A DNA stretch of 64,000 nt from an uncultured virus (IMG/VR IMGVR_UViG_3300011334_000440) (lineage: Duplodnaviria; Heunggongvirae; Uroviricota; Caudoviricetes): the IMG/VR virus record IMGVR_UViG_3300011334_000440. The stretch is one strand, 5' to 3'. This document shows, piece after piece, positions 17,980 to 27,436 of this stretch; within the stretch, counting starts at the first letter, position 1, and every line of letters starts with the position of its first letter. The translations under genes were made by a program, and so were the position numbers. Under the pieces are notes generated by a model. That model ran no database searches, had not been told where the DNA came from, and saw nothing but the letters and a program-made list of their open reading frames with translations.

Positions 17980-20105
17980 ACCTCTTTCGTATACCTAACT
18001 TATCGTCGTCGATTGCCAGCTCATGCACACCTTGGGATGGTAATGTAAACCAGCCACCTAGTCTTGAGCCAGAAGTTGCAAAGCGTTGGGCCGTTCAGAA
18101 TTCAACTGACGGAATGTTCGTCAGCGGATTCGAGGGTCGTGCCGCGGCAATGCGTGTTACTAGGGATAATCCCCCGGCTAAGATGCATGCATTCATTGCC
18201 GACTATGATTGCGAGCTTACGTCCGAAGAGTTCATCTCTGGGATTGGGGCTCGCGCCAAAGCTGGGTTGAAGCCAATGTTTGCCCACCGCACTCCGAGTG
18301 GAGGTGCGCGGGTTATCTGGATGTTTGAGACTCCAATGCAGATCCCAGTTGGTCTGCTGCCGGCGTTCTTAAAGCGAGTTGCTAAAGAGCTAGGAGCAAA
18401 GCGTTTGTTTGCCGGGCTTGATGACAATCATGTTAAGCCCGAGCAGTACTACGCTTGGTACTTGCCAATGACCAAAGTAGGAGATGTCCCTTTAAGGACA
18501 GAGACTTTGTATAGCTGGTTTGCTTCGACGATCGATGCTGACCACAAGTACCGCGGGGAGGGCCCTGTTGAGATCCCGATGGATCGTGTACGTAATCGCG
18601 TACAGGAAATGTACCCCGACAAGTTACTGGGCAATCTTGAAGTCAACGGCAGAACAAATGCGTTCTGGACTGTGACTTCAGATAACCCTACAGCTTGCGT
18701 TGTTACCCCAACGGGTATCGTCAGTTTCTCACAGGATAAGAGTTTCTATAGCTGGGCTGAAATTCTTGGTGCTGGCTGGGTTAAGGAGTTTGAAGAGGAT
18801 CGTTTAGGCGCACCTCTTTCCAACTATTACTTCGACGGAAAGCGATACTGGAGACAAGACGGCCGTGGCATTTGGCGCGATACAGACTCCGAAACTACCC
18901 GCAAGGACATTGCTGGTATCTACGGACTATCTCTTGCACCAATGCAACGAGGTGGAATGTGCGAAGTCGATCAGACTGTTTTGCGTGTGCGTGAAACACG
19001 ACGGGTTGACGATGCCGGCCCAATCTTATTTAGCAAAGAGGAAGTCGTTTACATGGGCGGACGTACCGTTCTCAACATCTCGCGGGTCAAAGTTCTAGAA
19101 CCTAGGACTGAAGTCTGTGAGAAGTGGGGCGATGGATTTCCTTGGATTGCTAAGTTCCTCGACGGGTTCTTTCAGCCTCACGACTCGCTTCAATATTTCC
19201 TGGCGTGGCTACATCACTTTTATGTGTCAGCTAAATCGGGGAAGCAATCGCAGGGTCAGGCGATCTTTATTGCCGGTCCGGTGGGGGTCGGTAAGACCCT
19301 TATGGGTACTCAGATCGTATCCAGACTGATGGGTGGTGGCTGTGATGCCTCGGGGCATATCTCCGGGGAGAGCGAGTTTAACTCGGAGATGTTTGAGGTG
19401 GGCGTACTCAACGTCGATGATACTATCGCCTCAACTAGCCACGAGAAGCACTTGCTCTTCTCCAATACGGTGAAGAAGTTTGTTGCCAATCGTCGCCATC
19501 GTTACCGGGCTATGTGGAAGAATCCTGCCACCATCGAGTGGTCGGGTCGGGTGTTTGTCACCTTGAATGATGACCCTGACTCCATGCGGGCGGTTCCATA
19601 CACAGACGCAAGTATATTAGATAAGCTAATGCTATTTAAGGCTTCGTCTAAAGGTATGGACTTCCCTCAGTCTCAGGAGCTACAGCGCATTCTTGACGGT
19701 GAGTTGCCTGCGTTTGCCAGATGGTTGACTGACTTTGAAATCCCTGAGGAGCTTAAGTGTTCCAATCGGTTTCAGGTTAAGTGCTACCACCACGCCGATA
19801 TCCTTGAGGATACCCGGACTACCCATCCTAACCATGCCTTCTCGGAGTTGCTGGACGAATTCCTTATTGGATTTAATCAGGCCAACCCAAAGGAAAGGAC
19901 GTGGAAGGGCTCGGCCACCCAGCTGCTTAATCAGATGCTGAATGACCAGAGTCTTACCAATCTTACCCGCCATTATGCCTCTACACCGGAGAAGATGGGC
20001 CAGCGGTTAGCCAAATTGATGACGACAAAGGGCATTGAGCGTGTGACGATCCAAGGTAAGGTACTTTGGAAAATCCCGGTTGACGAGGCGGCTCCGGCTG
20101 TTTAA
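17976..20105 (+). CDS. Primase fused to SF3 (D5/DUF5906-like) helicase
   Basis: N-terminal ADYD and TPSGG-R primase-like motifs; Walker A GPVGVGKT, Walker B NVDD, motif C TLN; ATGA-coupled to polA. Confidence 0.8.
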   Translation: MNLFRIPNLSSSIASSCTPWDGNVNQPPSLEPEVAKRWAVQNSTDGMFVSGFEGRAAAMRVTRDNPPAKMHAFIADYDCELTSEEFISGIGARAKAGLKPMFAHRTPSGGARVIWMFETPMQIPVGLLPAFLKRVAKELGAKRLFAGLDDNHVKPEQYYAWYLPMTKVGDVPLRTETLYSWFASTIDADHKYRGEGPVEIPMDRVRNRVQEMYPDKLLGNLEVNGRTNAFWTVTSDNPTACVVTPTGIVSFSQDKSFYSWAEILGAGWVKEFEEDRLGAPLSNYYFDGKRYWRQDGRGIWRDTDSETTRKDIAGIYGLSLAPMQRGGMCEVDQTVLRVRETRRVDDAGPILFSKEEVVYMGGRTVLNISRVKVLEPRTEVCEKWGDGFPWIAKFLDGFFQPHDSLQYFLAWLHHFYVSAKSGKQSQGQAIFIAGPVGVGKTLMGTQIVSRLMGGGCDASGHISGESEFNSEMFEVGVLNVDDTIASTSHEKHLLFSNTVKKFVANRRHRYRAMWKNPATIEWSGRVFVTLNDDPDSMRAVPYTDASILDKLMLFKASSKGMDFPQSQELQRILDGELPAFARWLTDFEIPEELKCSNRFQVKCYHHADILEDTRTTHPNHAFSELLDEFLIGFNQANPKERTWKGSATQLLNQMLNDQSLTNLTRHYASTPEKMGQRLAKLMTTKGIERVTIQGKVLWKIPVDEAAPAV

Positions 20106-20132
20106 GTTGGTTTCACGCTGGAAACACTGCTT

Positions 20133-20537
20133 ATGAGAAATATAGTCATAGCCTTAGCTGTGCTGTTTTCAGTTCCTACGTTGGCCTCCAATGTATTAAT
20201 TGAAACACAGCCTAAAAAGCCTGCCAAGAAAATCAAGGTAAGGCTCACAGCCTATTGGTGTGGTCAGGACCCAGATACTTCAAGGTTCAAGTCCTCGACT
20301 GGGTATACCCTAAAGTCTGGCAGGACATGCGCGGTTGACCCAAGGATCATACCGTATGGCAGTACCGTTATCATCAATGGCAAGGAGTTTAAAGCGATCG
20401 ATACGGGCGCAGCAGTTATTGCCAAGAAAGCGTCGCGCGGTAAACTCCCTGTCGTGGATCTTTTCTATAAAACAGAACGTCAGGCTATGGTTGCGCTGGG
20501 TAATATGCCAATGCATCCATGGGTGGAGATTCGATAA
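20133..20537 (+). CDS. Secreted 3D-domain (MltA-like) protein
   Basis: Signal peptide; TAY, AVDPRIIPYGS, AIDTG, VDLF contain the three conserved aspartates. Confidence 0.85.
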   Translation: MRNIVIALAVLFSVPTLASNVLIETQPKKPAKKIKVRLTAYWCGQDPDTSRFKSSTGYTLKSGRTCAVDPRIIPYGSTVIINGKEFKAIDTGAAVIAKKASRGKLPVVDLFYKTERQAMVALGNMPMHPWVEIR

Positions 20538-21199
20538 TGGCGACAGCAAAACTTATCTTTGGCAATTGTGGCGGTGGCGAAGGATGTTGCGAATGTGATT
20601 GTGACAGAATAACGGATACGTGTGGCTGTAAATATAGTTTAAGGGTAAACATTAGGGTAAATTTGAGCTGGCGAAATGTGGATCCTCTGGGGGACGGTTT
20701 GCGGAGCTTAAATATCAACGGAACAATAGGTGGAACAGAAAATGTTATATTTTCTCCAGGTGCCTCAGTAAATTTAACCAGGCCTTGTTCTGTTTATGAA
20801 TCCTCAAATTCATTCAACTCCGCTAATAAAGACTATTGTTGTGATAACCCTAACAATGCTACTTGCGAACAAACAACTATCGCGGCTGGAGGTTGCGGCC
20901 AACCTGAAACTTGTTCCGCTAGCGGAGAATTCCGTGAAGAAGAAACCATACGTCGTTCACCGGAAACTAGCTTCTTTTTTATGCAAGGAATACTTAATAA
21001 GAACAAACAGATTGTAATATCTTCTGTGGTGATGTTTGTGGGAAATAACATTGGCTTCGCGGGGCCAAATCCCAGTGGAACATACTCTGTAAATATTATA
21101 TTTCCGGGGGGATCGCAAACCGTAAAGTTATTGAATACCGCATCACCTAATCTTCCTGGTAAAACTCTAACTCTCTCGGGAGCCATACAACTAACTTAA
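20537..21199 (+). CDS. Cysteine-rich hypothetical protein
   Basis: CGGGEGCCECDCD...CGC; AT-rich; TAATG-coupled. Confidence 0.55.
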   Translation: MATAKLIFGNCGGGEGCCECDCDRITDTCGCKYSLRVNIRVNLSWRNVDPLGDGLRSLNINGTIGGTENVIFSPGASVNLTRPCSVYESSNSFNSANKDYCCDNPNNATCEQTTIAAGGCGQPETCSASGEFREEETIRRSPETSFFFMQGILNKNKQIVISSVVMFVGNNIGFAGPNPSGTYSVNIIFPGGSQTVKLLNTASPNLPGKTLTLSGAIQLT

Positions 21200-21204
21200 T
21201 ATAT

Positions 21205-21582
21205 ATGTTTTTTTCCAAGGAACAATTCGAAAACATGTCGGAAGAAATCAAGAGACGTTTGATTGAGGTGGGAGGGGTAATTACAGAATCGGGTGGTATT
21301 ATTCTTAACGAAAACAAAAATATACAAGGGCAACTCAACCCAAATTTTCCAACTCAAGTTAAAAATTTTGCTGGGTCGATGGGTACATGGGCTGGGTCTG
21401 GATTCAAAAGGGTCCAGCAACATGTCTATGAGAAGCGTCTTGCTATCTGCCGTAAGTGCCAGTTCTGGCAAGAGAATGGTAACATGGGCATGGGAAAGTG
21501 CTTGAAGTGCGGATGTGGAAAGGGTAAACATTGGTTACCCCACGAGCAGTGTCCAATTGGTCTATGGGGTAAAGAACAATGA
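21205..21582 (+). CDS. Hypothetical protein with C-terminal Cys cluster (DUF6171-like)
   Basis: RLAICRKC...KCLKCGC...CPIGLW. Confidence 0.65.
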   Translation: MFFSKEQFENMSEEIKRRLIEVGGVITESGGIILNENKNIQGQLNPNFPTQVKNFAGSMGTWAGSGFKRVQQHVYEKRLAICRKCQFWQENGNMGMGKCLKCGCGKGKHWLPHEQCPIGLWGKEQ

Positions 21583-21845
21583 GTAAAAAAATTTTATCAG
21601 CAAAGCGGGTTCCATTGTCCCCAGAGATTGGGAGGCTGCCGGCCATTAAGATTGTGGGAGAACGTAAGGTTGACTATGTACAATTAGACCTTGACGTGGA
21701 CGACGAAGCGATGGCAGTATTGGCGGAAGCTGGATGGGAAGCCATTCAGAAAGACAGGGACGCTTTGGTGAGCTACGCGATCACGAAAGCACTAACTGAC
21801 CTTGTCAAAAACGAGAAAGAAAAAGATGCAAGACACATTGCTTAA
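21579..21845 (+). CDS. Hypothetical protein
   Basis: ATGA-coupled 88-aa ORF. Confidence 0.55.
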   Translation: MSKKILSAKRVPLSPEIGRLPAIKIVGERKVDYVQLDLDVDDEAMAVLAEAGWEAIQKDRDALVSYAITKALTDLVKNEKEKDARHIA

Positions 21846-21990
21846 GGCATTTCTCGGGGCAGTAGCCGCGTTGCTTGGAGGTGCCATATGTATATTTATA
21901 GCCGTGGTTTGGTTTCGGTGTTGGGAATATTTGCGGTCGTTCTTTCGTCGTTTGCGGCAGCAGAAGAAAAGCAAATTCTCCCGTCGGTAG
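21826..21990 (+). CDS. Small single-TM protein with basic tail
   Basis: Hydrophobic helix then RRLRQQKKSK; overlaps protease start by about 100 nt. Confidence 0.35.
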   Translation: MQDTLLKAFLGAVAALLGGAICIFIAVVWFRCWEYLRSFFRRLRQQKKSKFSRR

Positions 21991-22844
21991 TCCGGATTCA
22001 AGTTGTAACAACGGGCGGAACTATCCGCGGGACAGGATTCGCGGTAGAGGGTGGGATTGTAACGGCAGCCCACATAGTAGAGAAGTCCAATCAGGTAAGC
22101 GTATTGTGCGACGATGGGGATGACACCATTGTATTCGACGGGGACGTAGTGCGAAAAGATACGCTTCTGGACTTGGCGTTTATACGGGTCAAAAATGATT
22201 TTGAAAAAACAATCAATCTACCACCAGTAAAGTTTGCCACAGCTTTTCCTGTAAAGCCGGGCATGCCTGTTTACGCTATCGGCAACTCTTTGGGATTTAC
22301 ACGCTCTATCTCTGCGGGGATTGTATCGGCGTCGGGTAAGAAGTCTGGCGAGCGTTTCCTATACTCGGACGTTCTGGTGCGGAAGGGTAATTCGGGCGGA
22401 CCGCTAATTAATTTTAACGGAGAAGTTATTGCTATGACTTTAGGGACAATCGACATGTCTCCTGCCGGGGAATCAAAGACTAAGGACCCGGCGCCTGAGT
22501 TCGCATACTGCATCCCTGCGGCGGACATCGTGGAGTTTCTTGAGGCTGATAAGACCAATCAGAAGTATGACGGATTTTTGGGCGTAATTGGAAAGCCAGT
22601 AACGACGGGATATAACCAGCCGGGGTGTGACCAGGGGCTACAGATCACCCGCACAGTGCGTTCTTGCGGTCTCCAGCCCGGCGACATTGTCTATATGCTG
22701 GCGGACACACCTATCACATCGCAGCGTGATATGGTCAGGGTTATCCGATCGTTGCCCCCGGGTACGTTTGCCAAAGCCGATATTATAAGGAACGGGCAAT
22801 TCAAAACGGTAGAAGTGTCGATTGTAAAGAACAATGACCTTTGA
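21888..22844 (+). CDS. HtrA/DegP-like trypsin serine protease with PDZ-like C-terminus
   Basis: Signal/TM N-terminus; GTGF, TAAH (His), DLA (Asp), GNSGGPL (Ser); FLGV...GLQPGDIV...RNG PDZ pattern. Confidence 0.88.
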   Translation: MYIYSRGLVSVLGIFAVVLSSFAAAEEKQILPSVVRIQVVTTGGTIRGTGFAVEGGIVTAAHIVEKSNQVSVLCDDGDDTIVFDGDVVRKDTLLDLAFIRVKNDFEKTINLPPVKFATAFPVKPGMPVYAIGNSLGFTRSISAGIVSASGKKSGERFLYSDVLVRKGNSGGPLINFNGEVIAMTLGTIDMSPAGESKTKDPAPEFAYCIPAADIVEFLEADKTNQKYDGFLGVIGKPVTTGYNQPGCDQGLQITRTVRSCGLQPGDIVYMLADTPITSQRDMVRVIRSLPPGTFAKADIIRNGQFKTVEVSIVKNNDL

Positions 22845-23397
22845 TACGCGAACAGACCTGGTTAGGAACCTGGTTAGATCGGGAGGAGTAATCGCGGAGG
22901 TCGGAGTCCTCAACGGAGAGTTTTCAAAGGAACTTATCAACATCCTCAATCCTTCCAGGATCTATATGATCGACCGATTCGAGGGCAACTGCTTCTCGGG
23001 CGACCGGGATGGAAACAACGGAGCAGTTTACGATCTAAATGCGGCTCACAGCAGTCTTGTGGAATATGCTAAGTCGAATCCAGCGGTAACTGTTTTGAAG
23101 GGGGACAGTTCAACGTTGCTAGGCGCGTTGGAGGCTGACTCACTGGATATGGTCTACTTGGACGGTGACCATGAGTACTCGGGATGCAGGAGGGACGTAA
23201 TTGCGTCCTGGAGGCTCTTAAAGGCCGGTGGATGGCTTATGGGCCACGACTACGCTACCAACATGGACAAAGCCCTAAATAACTATGTCTTTGGCGTAAG
23301 GAAGGCCATCGACGAATTCTGTCAGGACTATAACCAAACCATCCACGCCCTTGGAAACGATGGTATGGTATCCTTTGCTATTAAGATCTCTAAGTAA
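22834..23397 (+). CDS. Class I SAM-dependent methyltransferase (Methyltransf_24-like)
   Basis: AEVGV..G.FS, YMID, DMVYLDGDHEY, LKAGG..MGHDY. Confidence 0.85.
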   Translation: MTFDTRTDLVRNLVRSGGVIAEVGVLNGEFSKELINILNPSRIYMIDRFEGNCFSGDRDGNNGAVYDLNAAHSSLVEYAKSNPAVTVLKGDSSTLLGALEADSLDMVYLDGDHEYSGCRRDVIASWRLLKAGGWLMGHDYATNMDKALNNYVFGVRKAIDEFCQDYNQTIHALGNDGMVSFAIKISK

Positions 23398-23483
23398 TTG
23401 AATTAAAGGTGGAAGCACTTATGCTTTCAGCAAAAGGACTTACGTAAGGTATATGTAGGAGTTGTAAGTCCTTGATGCATGGA

Positions 23484-23803
23484 TAGGGTGGGGGGTCGAA
23501 TTCATGGTCAAATTGTTCTATGTGGTTGATATTTAAGATTCTATGATTCGAAGGGTGGTAGGGTGGGGGGTGTAGGGGTGGTTTTGAACTCGTTGTTCCT
23601 ACAGCTTTGTGTGTGTGGCGTGTGTGTGCAAACACCCGGAACGAGTTGGGATACCCCCACCCAGTGGGACCACCCCCACCCTCTCTTTCTTTATATTTAT
23701 ATATATTAATAGTAAACATACACTTAGACAAGGACCCAAGGCTCGAAATTTGGGTGGGGGTACCCTTTTTTGACCCCCCACCCTAGGCGACACCCCCACC
23801 CTA
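23484..23803. repeat. Seven GGGTGGGGG/CCCCCACCC motifs around an AT-rich core (origin-like region)
   Basis: Copies at 23486, 23561, 23752 (+) and 23654, 23673, 23775, 23793 (-); AT-only run about 23690-23711; no credible ORF. Confidence 0.75.
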
Positions 23804-23902
23804 AATCGTAGCCCTTTGGGGATATAGTTGAGGTATTCTGGTCTTAATGGGCATCCCTATACCAAAAGTTATTACGTGTGTAAGAACTGCTACCCTTAGC
23901 TT

Positions 23903-24634
23903 TTAGCTAGGCTCGATCTTATTAAAGGCATCCGCCCGAGCTTTGACCAACGAAGCCATCTCCCCATACTTATCGACCATGGTCTTCTTGAATCCACAGA
24001 AATGGTGCAATTGCTTGGATAAGTCGAATTCGTTGTAGCCAGCGAACAGTTGTACCTTTTGGGCTATGTCGTGGCACCTGCCCACCTCAAAGTCTGTCGA
24101 CAGGCAGATACCGTAGTTGTAGGAGGACTGCTCTAGGATAGCGTCATCTGGTAGTATCGTTTGAATATGGGGCTCGAACAGGGATCTAACCCTAGCTGTA
24201 AACGCTAGGTCTTTGAATCCGAACGTGCCGGCGTTTAGCCCTTTTAGCATAGTAAACTTTAACCTATCCAGATTTGGCGCTCGCTTGTACTGAAACCACT
24301 CGTGGCTCATATCGTGCCGCTCTTCGGTTACAATCGTGAAGTCTTTGGTTGGGTCAATCAGATCCATTGGGTTGCCGAAGTAGATAATGTCCGGATCGAG
24401 AAACAGATAGTAGTCATATCCTTTAGGGATAAGTTCTGAGTACTTGAGAAAACCGCCGTACAGGTAGTCCTTTGAATCTACGATTGTTTTGTGTTTGAAT
24501 CCTTCTGGCCCCGGCTTGTTGGACATTACGCAGAAGTCGACGTTATCCGGTAGAGTCATGTTCGCGACAAGCAGATCGATACATTTGTGAGACTCCTCAT
24601 TGAAGTCAGTCGCCGTATAGACCAGAACTCTCAC
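23903..24634 (-). CDS. GT-A fold glycosyltransferase (GT8-like), moron-like orientation
   Basis: FLDPDII (DxD), LNAG, EQ..YN, HFCG; own promoter. Confidence 0.7.
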   Translation of the reverse strand: MRVLVYTATDFNEESHKCIDLLVANMTLPDNVDFCVMSNKPGPEGFKHKTIVDSKDYLYGGFLKYSELIPKGYDYYLFLDPDIIYFGNPMDLIDPTKDFTIVTEERHDMSHEWFQYKRAPNLDRLKFTMLKGLNAGTFGFKDLAFTARVRSLFEPHIQTILPDDAILEQSSYNYGICLSTDFEVGRCHDIAQKVQLFAGYNEFDLSKQLHHFCGFKKTMVDKYGEMASLVKARADAFNKIEPS

Positions 24635-24641
24635 GCGGCCG

Positions 24642-24684
24642 ATTGTATTTTGCCCTTTACAAAAGTCAAAGGGATTGAGACACT
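24642..24684. promoter_or_regulatory. Overlapping divergent promoters: minus TTGACT-N16-TACAAT; plus TTTACA-N17-GACACT
   Basis: -10 boxes lie 7 nt before GTG 24634 and 9 nt before ATG 24694. Confidence 0.6.
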
Positions 24685-24693
24685 GTACGGACG

Positions 24694-24912
24694 ATGAAGG
24701 CGACCCTTGAGTTTAATCTCCCCGAGGAGGAGACCAATTTTAGATATGCTATGAGCGCACACGATATGGCGATGATTCTTACGGATCTTGGAATCTTTCT
24801 CCGTTCGAAGATTAAACATGAAATCTCAGACCCCGACCGACTCAATGCCTATGAGAATGTGCGCGACGAACTTCAATCTTTGCTTGATGATCGAAACGTT
24901 ACCCTTCCATGA
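24694..24912 (+). CDS. Hypothetical phage protein
   Basis: MKATLEFNLPEE N-terminus is a recurrent phage hypothetical pattern. Confidence 0.65.
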   Translation: MKATLEFNLPEEETNFRYAMSAHDMAMILTDLGIFLRSKIKHEISDPDRLNAYENVRDELQSLLDDRNVTLP

Positions 24913-25133
24913 AGCATCGAATCTTATCCCATCTGTATTACGCTCTGGGGCACGTATGGAGTTACTTCATGTGTTGGACTGGTTTTGGTTACCGCTTTTA
25001 TTCTTGGGCGATGGAGAATTCCATTAACCACGATATTGACCGCTCGCTTTGGAAGCCGGCGCCCGAAAAGAAAATGGCTCGGTACCGGACAACAACCTTC
25101 GGTAAAAAGAAAAGGAAAACCAAAAAGAAATGA
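24909..25133 (+). CDS. Hypothetical protein
   Basis: ATGA-coupled on both sides. Confidence 0.55.
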   Translation: MKHRILSHLYYALGHVWSYFMCWTGFGYRFYSWAMENSINHDIDRSLWKPAPEKKMARYRTTTFGKKKRKTKKK

Positions 25134-25885
25134 AACAACCCAAGATCGTAACTATTGGCACCCCCGCTTACGGCGGTCAGGTAACCAGCGGCTTTGCCAC
25201 CGCACTAGCCGCATCAGTTAGCTTGTTCCAGAGCTACAACATGGAACTGCACTGCATTCTTTTGACCGGTCACTCCGTGATTCAGATGGCCCGCAACCGG
25301 GTACTTCGCGAGTTCCTTAAGACGGATAGCGAGATGCTCGTCTGGATTGATTCGGACATTTCATGGAACCCAATGGATTTGCTTAAGCTTTGCTTGCACG
25401 ACGAGGAAGTAGTTGGCGCAACTTATCGAAAGAAGGTTGCCACCACCACCGAGTTCACAGTCCAATTGAAGCGCGGAAACCTTGACCCCGACAAGCGCGG
25501 CCTGCTCGAGGTCGACCGTATCGGAACCGGATTCCTTCGCGTGACCCGTAAAGCCCTTGAAGATTTGACCAAGGACTGCAATCATCTCGACCTACACAAC
25601 AAAGCCAGCGAGTCCCATACGATTGGCGGATCGGGCAAGTATCAGGACTCTCAGACCGACTATATCCACAATGTATTTGAAGTCGGGATTTACAAAGGCG
25701 AGTTCCTTTCTGAGGACTTCATCTTTTGCGAGAAACTCAAAGAGAAGGGCTACAAGATTATGATGGATACCAAAATTGATCTTGGCCATGAAGGGCCCTA
25801 CACATACCGCGGAAGCATTTCCCATTTCCTGAACTACCTCAAAGAAACGGATGGCAAACCCGATGGTAAAAACAAAGTGGATTGA
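25130..25885 (+). CDS. GT-A fold glycosyltransferase (GT2-like)
   Basis: IGTPAY, ARN, WIDSDI (DxD), GTGF, SEDFIFC, H.G motifs. Confidence 0.8.
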   Translation: MKQPKIVTIGTPAYGGQVTSGFATALAASVSLFQSYNMELHCILLTGHSVIQMARNRVLREFLKTDSEMLVWIDSDISWNPMDLLKLCLHDEEVVGATYRKKVATTTEFTVQLKRGNLDPDKRGLLEVDRIGTGFLRVTRKALEDLTKDCNHLDLHNKASESHTIGGSGKYQDSQTDYIHNVFEVGIYKGEFLSEDFIFCEKLKEKGYKIMMDTKIDLGHEGPYTYRGSISHFLNYLKETDGKPDGKNKVD

Positions 25886-26276
25886 CCTAGCCATGCGGCT
25901 GGCCGACGCCGCGGCAAAGACAAGTCAGGATCAGTTCGTCCGAGTCGGTGCAGCGGTACTCCGGGAAGACGGCTCCGTATGCGGGATTGGCTATAACGGA
26001 TATCCCCCGGGCTTTGAACTAACCAAACAGGAATCCTTGGACCGCGATTACCGGCGGGACTTTATGGTTCACGCCGAAATCAATGCCCTTGCTTACAGTC
26101 GCCCCGGCGAACCCCATCTTTTGGCCGTCACCTACCCGCCTTGCAAAGCCTGCGTTCTAGAAGCCGTTCGGTATAACGTGAAATACATCGCCTACCGCGA
26201 AAATGAGGATCGCCCCATATTTCCGTCCGACTATTTGGCTGCCCGACTTGGCGTTACTTTGATCGCCGAAAAATAA
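25851..26276 (+). CDS. dCMP deaminase
   Basis: VGA, GYNG, HAEINA, PCKAC zinc-binding motifs. Confidence 0.88.
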   Translation: MANPMVKTKWIDLAMRLADAAAKTSQDQFVRVGAAVLREDGSVCGIGYNGYPPGFELTKQESLDRDYRRDFMVHAEINALAYSRPGEPHLLAVTYPPCKACVLEAVRYNVKYIAYRENEDRPIFPSDYLAARLGVTLIAEK

Positions 26277-26423
26277 AAAATAAAATAAATTTTTAAAGTA
26301 CATATACTCTATTTGTAAAATCGCCGTAGGGGGGTGGGGGAGGGGGTGCGTATAGGGGTTGTCCCGCAAACCCACACCTCCGATAGGGGGAGGGGGAGGG
26401 GGAAACCAAAAGGAAACATAACA

Positions 26424-26849
26424 ATGGAAACATCAATCGTAACTCAAGCATCAATCGAAATCAAAGCGAAACGCACGGCCAAATCTGGACGGACACTTAA
26501 GGCAGTGTTCGGAAACTGGAACGGCGAAGCCTTGGTCACTGAAGCAGGGAGACTTGCTTCACGAAAAGACTTTGGTGCGATCACCGATACCAAGGGAGTG
26601 CAACTCGCCTCTCGCTATGACGAGGCGGTCAACTCCTTTAACACCCTAGGCAAAGCCCGCCTCTCCTTTGAGTCCACCGAAATTGCGAGTGGCAAACGGG
26701 AGATGAAACGCATCTACACCAACCCCAAGACTGGACGCACCATCTTGGAAACCGCACCCGCCAATAAGGATGCCTCCCTTATTAAGACAATGAAGGAAGC
26801 AGGATGCACAGAAGCACAAATCGAGGCGGTACTAGCCAAGCGTAAATAA
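26424..26849 (+). CDS. Hypothetical basic protein, first gene of the early-like region
   Basis: AAAGGAAAC SD; flanked by G-rich element and terminator. Confidence 0.7.
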   Translation: METSIVTQASIEIKAKRTAKSGRTLKAVFGNWNGEALVTEAGRLASRKDFGAITDTKGVQLASRYDEAVNSFNTLGKARLSFESTEIASGKREMKRIYTNPKTGRTILETAPANKDASLIKTMKEAGCTEAQIEAVLAKRK

Positions 26850-26859
26850 CGCAAGAGGC

Positions 26860-26894
26860 GGAGGGGGGAGAGAAATCTCCCCCCTCCCCTTTTT
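26860..26894 (+). terminator. Rho-independent terminator
   Basis: GGAGGGGGGAGA-GAAA-TCTCCCCCCTCC stem followed by T-tract. Confidence 0.85.
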
Positions 26895-26936
26895 ATTTCA
26901 ATGAATCCAAGAATCTAAGAATCTATGATACCAAGC

Positions 26937-27401
26937 TTAACTAGCTGTAATGTCGATGACAGGCTTCATCGCATCGTCGTTTCGAAGGACTGCCAAATTG
27001 ACGATCGTTTTCCCGTTGCTTCCTTGATTCTGCGAAGCCAAGCCCAATGCGGGTCGAGCTATCTTGTCCACTTTCTCCAAGACATCGATATGTTCACGCA
27101 ATTCCTTCCTGCTTCCAGGCATCTCGGATTCGAGGACGTCCAAACTATGGTCTACTTGATTAGCGATCCTCGACAGATAAAGAGCCTGCTTATCGGTGGC
27201 AGTCTGAACAATCTGCTTATCAACTCTCTGTTTTATCTGAACAATATTCTCCAACTTCCGTGCAACCCACTTGCATCTCCTCGATCTACTATCCAAAGTG
27301 TTGATGCTGATACCATACTGCGATGCAATGAAGCTACGACTCTTGCCTCCAACGAAGTCTCTTTCTACTGCTTTCCAGTCTATAGCCAAGGCTTTAGGCA
27401 T
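26937..27401 (-). CDS. terS: Terminase small subunit (N-terminal HTH)
   Basis: 'IDWKAVERDFVGGKS...IASQYGISINTL.SRSRR.KW' HTH typical of TerS, then helical oligomerisation region. Confidence 0.65.
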   Translation of the reverse strand: MPKALAIDWKAVERDFVGGKSRSFIASQYGISINTLDSRSRRCKWVARKLENIVQIKQRVDKQIVQTATDKQALYLSRIANQVDHSLDVLESEMPGSRKELREHIDVLEKVDKIARPALGLASQNQGSNGKTIVNLAVLRNDDAMKPVIDITAS

Positions 27402-27407
27402 AAGCCA

Positions 27408-27436
27408 AGCTTATCGGACATTGTGCATAAGGTCAA
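27408..27436 (-). promoter_or_regulatory. Promoter TTGACC-N17-TAAGCT, 6 nt before terS ATG (leaderless)
   Basis: Read directly; no SD possible. Confidence 0.5.

Noticed and set aside
23390..23799. ORFs in the G-tract region
   Set aside because: Low-complexity translations of repeats; region better explained as non-coding
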